Source: a virus | DNA length: 64,000 bases | IMG/VR virus record: IMGVR_UViG_3300027759_003827 | Coordinates: 1 to 64,000 of that record | Strand: one strand, 5' to 3' | Part shown: piece after piece, positions 17,597 to 27,374 of the stretch | How positions within the stretch are numbered: the stretch's first letter is position 1 | Layout of the letters: every line of letters begins with the position of its first letter | Notes under the pieces: generated by a model | Seen by the model: only the letters and a program-made list of their open reading frames with translations | What the model was told of the DNA's origin: nothing | Database searches by the model: none | Program-made: the position numbers and the translations under genes

Positions 17597-17806
17597 TTAA
17601 AATGCTCCTCTTGTTTCTGCTAATCTTTGCATATGATCAGCTGTTTCTTTATCCCTGATAATAGAAATCTCATAGTCACATTTACCTGATGCTGCTACAA
17701 GACCTACATACCTGAATGCATTTGAATGCTCAACGCAGGTATCTTTATAACCTAGCTTAACTCTTCTCTCTGGAATCTCTTTATTACAAACTTTACAATA
17801 CTTCAT
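17597..17806 (-). CDS. DksA/TraR-like zinc-finger protein
   Basis: CKVC..EIPERR...TCVEH. Confidence 0.7.
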   Translation of the reverse strand: MKYCKVCNKEIPERRVKLGYKDTCVEHSNAFRYVGLVAASGKCDYEISIIRDKETADHMQRLAETRGAF

Positions 17807-17830
17807 AACTATTTTTTTATTTCTCTAAAG

Positions 17831-18013
17831 TTAACTTAACTTTTTCTTCTTAGCAACTTTTTCTTTAACGGGTAAGTCTAAATTTTCAACTAATATAGGA
17901 CCGTTCCTAAACTTATTAAGATCGTAGTGCCATCGATCAGTAACTTTTCCAGTACTGTCTTTATATTCAACTGTAAATTTAATTTGGGGTTCTATTGGTT
18001 TACTTAAGGCCAT
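17831..18013 (-). CDS. hypothetical protein
   Basis: ORF track. Confidence 0.7.
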   Translation of the reverse strand: MALSKPIEPQIKFTVEYKDSTGKVTDRWHYDLNKFRNGPILVENLDLPVKEKVAKKKKLS

Positions 18014-18290
18014 ATTTTTCTATCAACTCATTAATCCTTTCCTTATCTAGGATAGGTTCTCTAATTGATTTGATAAAGATAAGATCTTTTGTAATGTCTT
18101 CCAACTTTCTAGACGGATCTTTTAAATTCCAGAAATCATATTCGCTCTGGACTTTAGCAGTAAGCTGCTTTATTTTGTGCGGGTAGTTGTTTCGATTAGC
18201 TATTTCTTTTAGCTTATCGAATTGCTCAAGACGATTGACTTGAGTGTTTGCTATTTTAGAAAAGCCTAATTGGCTAATCGATTTTCTCAT
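18000..18290 (-). CDS. hypothetical protein
   Basis: ORF track. Confidence 0.7.
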   Translation of the reverse strand: MRKSISQLGFSKIANTQVNRLEQFDKLKEIANRNNYPHKIKQLTAKVQSEYDFWNLKDPSRKLEDITKDLIFIKSIREPILDKERINELIEKYGLK

Positions 18291-18468
18291 CAGAACTTAT
18301 TTTTTTTGCTTTAGAATCTTTTACAAGCTTACGGAGAGTTAAAATAGATACTCCGATTGCTAGTATTAAAGATAATACCTGTAGGTAAGGAATACTAGCT
18401 ACTAAAAAGCTAGTTATATGTAATCCCCACGCTCCTGCTGTTAGTCCTTCTGATGTTACTGTTTTCAT
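18274..18468 (-). CDS. small membrane protein, holin-like
   Basis: long hydrophobic stretch plus basic tail. Confidence 0.55.
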   Translation of the reverse strand: MKTVTSEGLTAGAWGLHITSFLVASIPYLQVLSLILAIGVSILTLRKLVKDSKAKKISSDEKID

Positions 18469-18690
18469 TTAGTTTTGTATACTTAACTTTTGCTCTAGTA
18501 ATGCCTCCCAAGAGGTAGCACATCTAGCTATTATAGATACCTTCATTGGAATCGTTTTACTTTCAATTAAAGCTATCATAAGATCTATCCACATTTCTCT
18601 ACTGTCTACATGAAGAATTCTATGAATTCCTTCTGGTATGTACCTCTCTGCTAGAGTATCTAAGACTTCGTATGTTACTTTATCTACCAT
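18469..18690 (-). CDS. hypothetical protein
   Basis: ORF track; CTATTTATA at 18696-18704. Confidence 0.7.
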   Translation of the reverse strand: MVDKVTYEVLDTLAERYIPEGIHRILHVDSREMWIDLMIALIESKTIPMKVSIIARCATSWEALLEQKLSIQN

Positions 18691-18717
18691 TTGAATATAA
18701 ATAGGTTATATATTTAA

Positions 18718-19377
18718 CTAAACTTTTGAGATGTACTCATCTCCCTCTTGATAATCATCTTTCTTTTCTAGTCCTAAGTCCTGAAAGTGTGCAAGGAAGT
18801 TATCGTCTATCTCCCAATCAATCTCTTCTTTAATTAAAGGAGCATTAGAGTCCTCTTTACTACGTATCTGCTTCTCTGAGAATAAATCTCCTACATATAG
18901 GAAATGACAATTATAACATAACATCCTTAAGTTATCTACTTGCCAGTTATGTTTATTTCCATCTATAAAACTGAGCATTAGAGGCTGTTTAAAATCTATA
19001 ACTCTTTTCTCGTGATGTCCACAGTTATAACATTCCATTCTGAGAATACCTTCGTAAATTAATCTATTCTTAAGTTTTTGTTGATTGATTGCTCTGTAAC
19101 TTTCTGAAGCCATTATCTCGTTAATCTTATCAACAGAGATTTCATGATTCCATTTTACTCTTTTAATTCCTTTGCCAGAGTTATTCTTATGCAATTCGTA
19201 TAAGTTCTTACCTGTCTCTAAATCGATGTAGAGTTTAGCATACTTACGGTAAGTTTCAATAGTAATGTTTAAATATCTAGCAGCCTGAAAGTTAGATTGA
19301 GTATGCTTCATAGCATTCCTAATCACATTCTCAGTTAAATCTCTTTTAGGTCTTCCTGCTTTATTTTGAGTCCCCAT
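18718..19377 (-). CDS. HTH plus degenerate HNH-domain protein
   Basis: QAARYLNITIETYRKY (HTH); CYNC...LSFIDGNKHN..VDNLRMLCYNCH. Confidence 0.75.
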   Translation of the reverse strand: MGTQNKAGRPKRDLTENVIRNAMKHTQSNFQAARYLNITIETYRKYAKLYIDLETGKNLYELHKNNSGKGIKRVKWNHEISVDKINEIMASESYRAINQQKLKNRLIYEGILRMECYNCGHHEKRVIDFKQPLMLSFIDGNKHNWQVDNLRMLCYNCHFLYVGDLFSEKQIRSKEDSNAPLIKEEIDWEIDDNFLAHFQDLGLEKKDDYQEGDEYISKV

Positions 19378-19774
19378 ATGCTGGATTGATACGGATTAAT
19401 AAGTTCCATAAATCTTGAGCAGTTTCTAAATAGACAGGAGTACCTTCTTCATCCAATAGAGGTTCGATGCTACCATCTGGAGCTACTCTATCCCAAAGAA
19501 AATAAGCAATTAACTCTGCTCCTTCTTTACCAAAGTGTAATATAATTAGAGCATCGATAGTGTCTAAGAAAGCTTCATCGTAGTTAGCTAAGTCTAAATT
19601 TAACTCAGCATACATTAAGTTCTGTCTATTAATAATTGCTTCAATAGAATTAATAATTGATATGAAAAGCTCTTTCTTCTTTGCCTCTTGAGTCTTTTTC
19701 TTTCTCCTAACCAAGCTCTTTACATTCAGTAAATTATTAATTACTGTCTGTATCTCGTTCAGTGATTGCTCCAT
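19361..19774 (-). CDS. hypothetical protein
   Basis: ORF track. Confidence 0.8.
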   Translation of the reverse strand: MEQSLNEIQTVINNLLNVKSLVRRKKKTQEAKKKELFISIINSIEAIINRQNLMYAELNLDLANYDEAFLDTIDALIILHFGKEGAELIAYFLWDRVAPDGSIEPLLDEEGTPVYLETAQDLWNLLIRINPAYGDSK

Positions 19775-20111
19775 GTTCTTTCTTTTTAGGAATTCTTTTA
19801 ATAGGCTTTTTAATCTCTTCTATAAGATCTCTAAGCTTAATACAGTCTTCAAATTTCTCTTCCTCTAGTTTAAAATTAATACATTGTTCAAGTGCAGCTA
19901 CCCAATGAGGTCTTGGAATATCTATATAAAGACCCATTCCATTTATCTCAAATAGACTAGCAAATGTTTTTTTATTTCGGAAGGCTTCTTCAATAGCGAG
20001 AGGCGTCTCTACTTTAATCATACTAAGTAGAGCTTCGTTATCTAGAAGATCAGAGGCTTGTATATCCTCTAAAGGCTCAAAAAAGGCCTTAGGTATCTCT
20101 CTTTTACTCAT
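19737..20111 (-). CDS. hypothetical protein with UvrB/UvrC-like motif
   Basis: EEEKFEDCIKLRDLI. Confidence 0.7.
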   Translation of the reverse strand: MSKREIPKAFFEPLEDIQASDLLDNEALLSMIKVETPLAIEEAFRNKKTFASLFEINGMGLYIDIPRPHWVAALEQCINFKLEEEKFEDCIKLRDLIEEIKKPIKRIPKKKEHGAITERDTDSN

Positions 20112-20126
20112 AACCTTTTTTTATTA

Positions 20127-20606
20127 TTATTTTAATCCAGCTCTATTCATCATAATCTCTCTCACTTGATCTTCTTCTGATGCTGGTGCTTGTTCTTGAT
20201 CCGGAAGAGGTTCTGCTGCTGGCTCTTCTTGAGAATCGTCTGCTGGAGTTTGTTGAGTCATCTCTCCATTTTCTTCGCTTTTGAATATGTTCTTAATGAG
20301 ATAGTTAGCAAGAGAAGGTAATGGAAGTAAAAAACCTATTACATTTTTATATGGATTCTCTACGTCATATACGACCTGAAGACCTGCATCACCAAACTTC
20401 TGCTGAAGCTCTGTACCAATCTCATTAGCCATTTGCTGTGCCTGACGAGGATCTTGAGGTACATCTTTCATAACAAATTGAAGCTTAACGCCTTTCTTTG
20501 TCTTATTAATATTAACATCAAATCTTAAAGTAAGATGATGACCAGCAATCTCTACTGGAAACTCTGGAATTAATGCCGGTAATGCTTCGCTTAAATTTGT
20601 TCTCAT
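20127..20606 (-). CDS. hypothetical, possibly virion-associated (likely start MRTNLSE at 20606)
   Basis: CTATTTATA at 20610-20618 lies inside the longer track ORF. Confidence 0.7.
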   Translation of the reverse strand: MRTNLSEALPALIPEFPVEIAGHHLTLRFDVNINKTKKGVKLQFVMKDVPQDPRQAQQMANEIGTELQQKFGDAGLQVVYDVENPYKNVIGFLLPLPSLANYLIKNIFKSEENGEMTQQTPADDSQEEPAAEPLPDQEQAPASEEDQVREIMMNRAGLK

Positions 20607-20619
20607 AATTATAAATAGT

Positions 20620-21258
20620 TTATTCCCAGGCATTTTGTTTAAATCTCTCAGCCGGCAGCCCGAAGAAGTCTGTCTTGTATTTTGATTGTTCGAAAAATTC
20701 TAAATTAATCCACTCATGTTTCTTTTCTAAGAGTATTTGAGCTGCTAAATCCCAATCTGCTCTCTTTACTATCTCCTCTACCTTTCCCTTGATATCTCGT
20801 ATTTCATTATAGTTAGAAGAGTCATATTCAAAATGAAGAAGTTCCATCGAATTCCCTTTGCTATTAACGTAATCCATACTAAAATCAACGCCCCACTTGC
20901 CTCGATAATTTATTAGTTTATGTATTAAGTTATTTCTTTGAGCATATTGCTTTAACTGTTTTAAAGCTGCTCCTTCATATCCTTTCCTTTCGAATAGGTA
21001 GGCATGGTTTAGATGAGCACCTGTCAAAGGCTTACTATCGCTAAACCAATCTTGTCTAATAGTAACTTCGTGTCTATGATTAACTGTGGAATAACTATTT
21101 ACTCCTGCGTAATGAGATTCTAATTTCGTAAGTCTATATCCATTTTGATCGAACATCTCTACCCATGCAGGATGATCAATAGAGATAGGAAGGTCGTGTT
21201 CTAAAGGCTTGCTCCAGTTTTTGCTGGGCCCAAATTGGCTATCTTCTAATTTAATCAT
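20620..21258 (-). CDS. conserved phage hypothetical protein
   Basis: FDQNGY.LT.LE, KWGVDFSMDY, W....FFEQS motifs. Confidence 0.8.
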   Translation of the reverse strand: MIKLEDSQFGPSKNWSKPLEHDLPISIDHPAWVEMFDQNGYRLTKLESHYAGVNSYSTVNHRHEVTIRQDWFSDSKPLTGAHLNHAYLFERKGYEGAALKQLKQYAQRNNLIHKLINYRGKWGVDFSMDYVNSKGNSMELLHFEYDSSNYNEIRDIKGKVEEIVKRADWDLAAQILLEKKHEWINLEFFEQSKYKTDFFGLPAERFKQNAWE

Positions 21259-22019
21259 AATAAGGTTCTTATATCAATAATGTTATCTAATGCTTTTGCT
21301 GCGTCTTTGTAACTATCTTTAGACTCTTCTTCTGCATCTTCTGTATACTGCCAGTTAAAATAAAGTTCGTCTACTGGTTTAAAGCCGTAGAACTCATGAA
21401 CCTGCTTTTGGGTCTTTACTACATTACTTCCATTCCAGTTTTGACCTATAAAGATAAATCCTGATTCAATATCTTTTACTATATTTCTCTCTCCTAAAGT
21501 ACTATGTCTATTCTCTATCCAATCTAGTCTTTCAATTAGTTTTTGATAATAAGCATTTGTCTGTCCCCATCTAATGGATCCTAAGAATACTACTACATGA
21601 GATTCTAATAAAGGAGTTACTACTTTCCAGAGCTCATCGTCTTCGTTATGAAAAGAAGCCCAGCATCTTAAATGCCCTGATGGATTCTTAGCAGGATCTT
21701 TTTCTTTACAGTCTCTAGTTCCGCAGCTATTGCCGTCGTTATTAGATACATTTCCTTCACATTCATATATCTTTAACTTAGATACATCTACTAGAATACA
21801 TCTGTGTGCACCTAAAGATCTTTGAATTACTTCTGCAATACGGGTAGATTTAGGGCTATCGTGTAGATCTTTTCTTGCATACTCACCTCTATTTGAAGTA
21901 GTTATAAGTAAAACCTTGCCTTTCGTATTTAAATATTTAACTGCTTTTTCGAGCTGTTTTTTAAACCTAGTATCCGGAACAATGTTTGCTTCTAACAATA
22001 AATCTGCTATTCTTCTCAT
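21255..22019 (-). CDS. flavodoxin-fold NADPH-dependent FMN reductase / iron-sulfur flavoprotein-like
   Basis: TTSNR...KS, IYECEGNVS..C...C, VVVFLGSIRWG, KLIERL. Confidence 0.75.
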   Translation of the reverse strand: MRRIADLLLEANIVPDTRFKKQLEKAVKYLNTKGKVLLITTSNRGEYARKDLHDSPKSTRIAEVIQRSLGAHRCILVDVSKLKIYECEGNVSNNDGNSCGTRDCKEKDPAKNPSGHLRCWASFHNEDDELWKVVTPLLESHVVVFLGSIRWGQTNAYYQKLIERLDWIENRHSTLGERNIVKDIESGFIFIGQNWNGSNVVKTQKQVHEFYGFKPVDELYFNWQYTEDAEEESKDSYKDAAKALDNIIDIRTLL

Positions 22020-22031
22020 ACCTATAAATAT

Positions 22032-23279
22032 TTAAAATACATTCTTGAACCATGGTTTAATTATCTCTTTCTTCTCTAAGCTATTAACCGTTAATGTAAA
22101 TATATCAAACTGGTATTTGCCTGGTGTCTCTACTGTATCTAAAATTTGAGGTATTTGCTTTATAAAGCTTCTATAATGCGCTTCGGTTAAAGTCTTTGCG
22201 TCGAATTCTACTATTATATTTTCTTTTGGAGTAGTATGCTTATAATGTTTAAATTTACTCTTTAGATCAAACATAGTCTCTTTATGTTCCGTTTCATAAT
22301 AAGCTGCCTCTATTATACCCATTTCGTCGTCAGTATATAAAATATCGCACCAAGGTTCTAAAGCCATAACTACATCCAAGGTAGCGTTCTTAATTACAAA
22401 AGCTGTTTCGTATCTATTAGGTACTATTGGTTTCATATTCTCATCATGAAGAACATCTGTATGCCATTTTCTCCACCACTCTCTAAATTTATTATTTCTT
22501 AAATCTAAATACTCTTGAGAGTCTTTTGGTTTATACCAAATCGTTCCATCAGGTAAAGGTATCTCTCTTTCAATCTCTATTCCGTCTTTAAATCTACTAC
22601 CTCTACAGGTCATATGATATACAAATGCATCTCTTGATTGAATAAATTCATACCCTGCAAGGAACATTCTATTAAAAATATCTGAATCTTCTAACTCCAT
22701 TGGTGCAAATAATAAATCATGTCCGCCTATTGCTATAAAATCATTTTTGTTTATAGCCCAAGGCGCAAAGATACCCTCTGAGGTTATACCTCTATACTCT
22801 GTCTCTTTGCTTTTAACAAATTCGTCAAACTCTTCCTGCTTAGCTGTAAACTCATCCGGTTCCATACCAAAGTCTTTTACGAACTTCTCAGGTCCAGGAG
22901 GATGTAAAGGAGGTTCTATTCTAGTTGCACTTACGACTACTCCTGGCTTTAAATGCTTTAATACATTCTTAACATAATTCTCAGTTATAACCATATCGCT
23001 ATGTAAGATAGAAATAATCTCAGTAGGAGCTAACTCTATACCTTTATCGTAAAGAACAGTATGTCCTACTCTCTCTTTACTTTCGTTTCTATATGCTATA
23101 ACTTTCTCATCCCATTTAGCTGTATGCTCTATCCACTCCCAAGTCTTATCTGTTGAAGCATCATCTAGTAGTACGATGTAGTGCTCATCAGAATGATACT
23201 TTCTAATAGACCTATAGGCCTGTAGAGCGTATTTCTGATTATTTCTAACTGGAATTATAAATGTAATCTCTTGATTCAT
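22032..23279 (-). CDS. GT2 glycosyltransferase
   Basis: IIPVRNN, LDDASTD, HSDM, GGHD..F...EDSD, VYH. Confidence 0.85.
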   Translation of the reverse strand: MNQEITFIIPVRNNQKYALQAYRSIRKYHSDEHYIVLLDDASTDKTWEWIEHTAKWDEKVIAYRNESKERVGHTVLYDKGIELAPTEIISILHSDMVITENYVKNVLKHLKPGVVVSATRIEPPLHPPGPEKFVKDFGMEPDEFTAKQEEFDEFVKSKETEYRGITSEGIFAPWAINKNDFIAIGGHDLLFAPMELEDSDIFNRMFLAGYEFIQSRDAFVYHMTCRGSRFKDGIEIEREIPLPDGTIWYKPKDSQEYLDLRNNKFREWWRKWHTDVLHDENMKPIVPNRYETAFVIKNATLDVVMALEPWCDILYTDDEMGIIEAAYYETEHKETMFDLKSKFKHYKHTTPKENIIVEFDAKTLTEAHYRSFIKQIPQILDTVETPGKYQFDIFTLTVNSLEKKEIIKPWFKNVF

Positions 23280-23280
23280 A

Positions 23281-24255
23281 TTAAATTGCTTTACGTAACT
23301 GTACCATCCAATACTCGATCATTTCGTCCATCATAGTTTCAAAGGTATATTCCGGCGCCCATCCTAAGGCTTTAATTCTAGTTGGGTCTCCTTTTAAGTA
23401 AGGAAGCTCTTCTGGTCTTAAAAACTTATTATCTTGTTTAACATACTCTTTATAATCCATATTCAACTTACTAAATACATACTCACACATATCTCTTACT
23501 GATCTAGTCTCGCCTGTAGCTACTACCCAATCACCTGCTTGAGGTTGCTGTAAAATTAAATGCATTGCCCTTACATAGTCTTTTGAATGACCCCAATCTC
23601 TATAAGCATCTAAGTTACCTAATACTAAATCTTTTCTCTGCCCTAAATAAATCTCTACAGCAGACTTAACTACTTTATTAGTTACAAAGTTAGAACCTCT
23701 TCTAGGTGATTCATGGTTAAATAAGATACCATTCGATGCATGTAACTTATAAGCATTACGATAGTTTCTTACAATGTTGTATCCAAATACCTTTGTACAT
23801 CCGTAAGGTGATACTGGAGTCATTGGAGTAGACTCTCTCTGATATCCATCAGCATCTACAGAGCTACCAAACATTTCTGAACTGCTAGCTTGATAAAACT
23901 TAGCTGTAGGACAAGAGCGTCTATAAGCCTCCAATACATTTAATACTCCTACTGCATTTGTTTGAGCAGTAAATTGAGGTATGTCGTAGCTAATACGAAC
24001 ATGGCTTTGTGCAGCTATGTTATAAATCTCATCAGGCTGTACCTTATCAAGTAAATGTTCTATGCTAGATTGATCTAATAAATCGCCGTAAGAGACGTGT
24101 AATCTCTCTTTTACTTTTTCTAAACGGCTTTGTTGATTTTCTGGTATTGAATTACGTCTAATAATCCCGTGTACTTCGTATCCCATTTCTAGTAAGTACT
24201 CTGCTAAATAACTTCCGTCCTGGCCGGCTATACCGGTAATAAAGGCTTTCTTCAT
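23281..24255 (-). CDS. gmd: GDP-mannose 4,6-dehydratase
   Basis: ITGIAGQDGSYLAE, AAQSHV, QASSSE, FNHESPRRG, RDWGH. Confidence 0.97.
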   Translation of the reverse strand: MKKAFITGIAGQDGSYLAEYLLEMGYEVHGIIRRNSIPENQQSRLEKVKERLHVSYGDLLDQSSIEHLLDKVQPDEIYNIAAQSHVRISYDIPQFTAQTNAVGVLNVLEAYRRSCPTAKFYQASSSEMFGSSVDADGYQRESTPMTPVSPYGCTKVFGYNIVRNYRNAYKLHASNGILFNHESPRRGSNFVTNKVVKSAVEIYLGQRKDLVLGNLDAYRDWGHSKDYVRAMHLILQQPQAGDWVVATGETRSVRDMCEYVFSKLNMDYKEYVKQDNKFLRPEELPYLKGDPTRIKALGWAPEYTFETMMDEMIEYWMVQLRKAI

Positions 24256-24842
24256 TTTTTAAATATTTCCATTTGTGTTAAATCGGGCCAATCATTTACA
24301 GTCCATTGTCTTGGTTCTGTTTCAATAGCCCTTGGTAATTTGTCTATTCCTAATTGAGCTGTTTCAGGTGTCATATAGTAATGGTACCCTACAGTATCTA
24401 TGTTTTGATCTCTCCAAGGTATGTTAGGTAACCTACCATCGTAAGACATCTTCTTAATCTGCTCTGCAGCATGAGAATTATCTACAAGTAAGATACCTCC
24501 TCTACCTAAAGATAAGTGTTTTTGGTATTGAAAACTAATTCCCATAAAAGTATTTGGTATATAACTTTTAGGCTTCCATAATACAGCTGCATCGATGATG
24601 CCTGCAGCTAGGTAGTAGTAATCTACCCAATTCTCTTCTTTCCAACATAGTTCTAAATTTAGCTTCTGAGCTAGAAAAGGAATAGAGAGATAGGTATTCT
24701 TTGGTACGCTAATTAATTTAGCATCTGTATAGCGTAAAGCTAGTTCAATACCGTGTGTACAACTATCAACTGCGACAGCATAAGGAGCTCCAAAGAACTC
24801 TGCTATCTTATTTTCAAACTCTGTTACTACATTGAAGTTCAT
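24252..24842 (-). CDS. short DegT/DnrJ/EryC1/StrS-family PLP aminotransferase (perosamine synthase-like)
   Basis: FE..IAEFFGAPYAVAVDSCT, DAA, SFQYQKHL..GRGG. Confidence 0.85.
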   Translation of the reverse strand: MNFNVVTEFENKIAEFFGAPYAVAVDSCTHGIELALRYTDAKLISVPKNTYLSIPFLAQKLNLELCWKEENWVDYYYLAAGIIDAAVLWKPKSYIPNTFMGISFQYQKHLSLGRGGILLVDNSHAAEQIKKMSYDGRLPNIPWRDQNIDTVGYHYYMTPETAQLGIDKLPRAIETEPRQWTVNDWPDLTQMEIFKK

Positions 24843-24845
24843 AGC

Positions 24846-25751
24846 TTATTTATTTTGTAAGTAAGTCTTTACGTTGTTCTCATCATTACACCACTTTATT
24901 GCATACTGTCCTTCTAGAGGTCTAGAGAACATTGGATGATAATGCTTACTACATCCTTTAAAGAAGTAATGGTTTGCTTGAGTCAAACGTGTCTTAGTGA
25001 AATCAGTTACACCTTCTACATTACAGCCCCCGTGTAGCATATTAGCTGCCCATATTAAGGCTTGTCCCTTTTTAAGCTTTACTGTATACTTTTCTGCTTT
25101 TTTAGCTTTTACCAAGTCAATTAAGAATTGCTCATACTTTGCATAGTTTACAGCTTCTCCGTTTTCAATTTCATCTGGATGAGGTAAGTTTAAGTTATGG
25201 TACTCGTATAAAGGCCATTTATGACTTCCTGGTACGATACTTAATGATCCGTTTGTTTCATCTACATCTTCAAGAGCGACCCAAACCCCTACCATCCATA
25301 ATGCAGGTACAGTATGAAAGTGTATAATGTCACTGTGTAGAGGTTGATTGCTTCCTTTTATAAAGTTAATAGTCGAGAAGGGAAATGGTTCCTTGTCGTA
25401 CAAGAAAGATAAAGTATCTAATACAGCTGGATTTACAGTAAGGTTTGCAATTGCATCACTCTTTCTCCAGTGTTCAAAAATTCTTCTACTATCAGAATAG
25501 GTAAAGTGGTCTGCATGGTACTTTGTAGAATCATCTCCAAGTGCTGTATACATGTCTTTTACAGTGTTATCTATTTCTTCATCTGTTAGCTTCGTATCGA
25601 CGATAAGGTATCCTTTTTCGTGGTACTGTACGCACATCTCTTTTTGTTCTGGTGTTAGAGTTGTATCCTTTTCTAAAATATCATAAAAGAAAGGAGACTC
25701 TATCCAAGGTATGTCTAGAGCGTGCTTGTCAGTAAAGTAATTTGTACTCAT
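24846..25751 (-). CDS. PhyH-family 2OG-Fe(II) dioxygenase
   Basis: QPLHSD, WVALEDVDETNGSL.IVPGSH, LHGG, TR. Confidence 0.9.
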   Translation of the reverse strand: MSTNYFTDKHALDIPWIESPFFYDILEKDTTLTPEQKEMCVQYHEKGYLIVDTKLTDEEIDNTVKDMYTALGDDSTKYHADHFTYSDSRRIFEHWRKSDAIANLTVNPAVLDTLSFLYDKEPFPFSTINFIKGSNQPLHSDIIHFHTVPALWMVGVWVALEDVDETNGSLSIVPGSHKWPLYEYHNLNLPHPDEIENGEAVNYAKYEQFLIDLVKAKKAEKYTVKLKKGQALIWAANMLHGGCNVEGVTDFTKTRLTQANHYFFKGCSKHYHPMFSRPLEGQYAIKWCNDENNVKTYLQNK

Positions 25752-25774
25752 AGTTTATTATTTAAAATTTTATA

Positions 25775-26419
25775 TTATAATCCGCCGTCTATTCTTAAAT
25801 TAACACCGCATACATATTCGTTATCTACTATATAGTTAACTGTGTTATAAAGCTCTTCAATGCTTCCCCATCTCTTCAAGCCTATTTTCTCTTTAGCCAT
25901 TTCTTGATATTTCTCTTCTACTCTATGACACATTCCTCCATCCCAATATCCTAACTGAATACTGTTACAAGTTATGCCGTACTTTATATTTTCTTTGTTA
26001 GCGTTACTTATAAATCTATCTACAAATGCTTTTGTTGCACAGTAGATTGAATTCTTAGGTACGTTTAATTCAGAAAATACCGATGAGATAGATATAATCC
26101 TTCCGTACTTCTTCTCTATCATTTTAGGTAAGCATGTTGATACGATATTAATATTTCCTTTTATGTTAACATCAATCATATCATTAATTGACTTTTGATC
26201 CTCTTCGTTAATCTTACTTAAGAAAACATCGTATTTTAAACCGCTCATGTTTAATACTATATCAAACTCATAATCGGTAAAAAAGCTTTTTAACTCTTCA
26301 AAAGAAGTTACATCTACATTCTTACTTCCAAGAGCAGTAACTTGATACTTCTGCTCTAGAAAAGGAATTAGCTTTTGACCAACTCCTCCTGTTGCTCCAA
26401 ATACTACTATCTTTTTCAT
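25775..26419 (-). CDS. short-chain dehydrogenase/reductase (FabG-like)
   Basis: GATGGVG, ISS, YCATK, IDGG. Confidence 0.9.
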   Translation of the reverse strand: MKKIVVFGATGGVGQKLIPFLEQKYQVTALGSKNVDVTSFEELKSFFTDYEFDIVLNMSGLKYDVFLSKINEEDQKSINDMIDVNIKGNINIVSTCLPKMIEKKYGRIISISSVFSELNVPKNSIYCATKAFVDRFISNANKENIKYGITCNSIQLGYWDGGMCHRVEEKYQEMAKEKIGLKRWGSIEELYNTVNYIVDNEYVCGVNLRIDGGL

Positions 26420-26420
26420 A

Positions 26421-27371
26421 TTATCTAATATACTTTAATAATGTAACTCCCCATACCCAACCTGATCCTACTGCTGGCATTATTAAAACGTCTCCGTTCT
26501 TTATTTTATCTTCCCTATAAGCTTTATCTAAAGCCATTGGAATAGATGCACCAGCTGTATTAGCGAAGTTAGTCATATTAAAGATAACCTTTTCTAATGG
26601 GAAATCCAAAATTTCTGATGTTTTAAATAAAACTCTATGTCCAGGTTGATGAGGTATCATCAAATCTATATCTTCGTTCGTTAAACTATGATTGTCCATC
26701 ATTCTCTTAATGGAATCCGGCAGTACTTTAGTAGCGAACTCATATACTGCACCTGCATTCATATTAAAATTCTCCCCGTGATAACAGGTAAATGAATCGC
26801 TAGGAGCAGTTTCGGTTCCAGTTCCGTCTCCGTATATTTCTGTATCAACCCAAGCGCCTTCTATTTTAGATAAGATAACTGCACCTGCACCGTCTCCAAA
26901 GAAAACACAGCTTCTATTACTCCAATCTGTATTCTTAGAGTAAGCATCTGCTCCAATCAATAAAACATTTTTATATTGTCCTGTACTTACTAGGTTAGTT
27001 GCTAGTTGCATACCGTAAACAAATCCTCCACATACTGCATTTATATCAAAAGCCGGTCTTTTTAAATCTAGTTTACCGGCAGTTATACAGGCAGTAGAAG
27101 GAGCTATTCTATCTGGACTAGATGTTGCTACTATAATTAGATCGATATCTTCTTTATCAAGCCCTGCATCTGCAATTGCATTTAAAGCTGCTTGATAGGC
27201 TAAATCAGAAGGTAGTTCGTCTGTAACAATACGTCTTTTATTTATACCTAAGTTCTTAGAAATCCATTCAGAGGTTGTACCTACGTTAAGGTCTTCTATA
27301 TTCTTATTAGGAATCTCTTGCATTGGAACATAAGAACCAATTCCTTTTATACCTACGTTATCTAGTTTCAT
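26421..27371 (-). CDS. fabH: 3-oxoacyl-ACP synthase III
   Basis: catalytic triad AVCGGF / PHQP / NTAGAS; FGDGAGA. Confidence 0.92.
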   Translation of the reverse strand: MKLDNVGIKGIGSYVPMQEIPNKNIEDLNVGTTSEWISKNLGINKRRIVTDELPSDLAYQAALNAIADAGLDKEDIDLIIVATSSPDRIAPSTACITAGKLDLKRPAFDINAVCGGFVYGMQLATNLVSTGQYKNVLLIGADAYSKNTDWSNRSCVFFGDGAGAVILSKIEGAWVDTEIYGDGTGTETAPSDSFTCYHGENFNMNAGAVYEFATKVLPDSIKRMMDNHSLTNEDIDLMIPHQPGHRVLFKTSEILDFPLEKVIFNMTNFANTAGASIPMALDKAYREDKIKNGDVLIMPAVGSGWVWGVTLLKYIR

Positions 27372-27374
27372 AGC

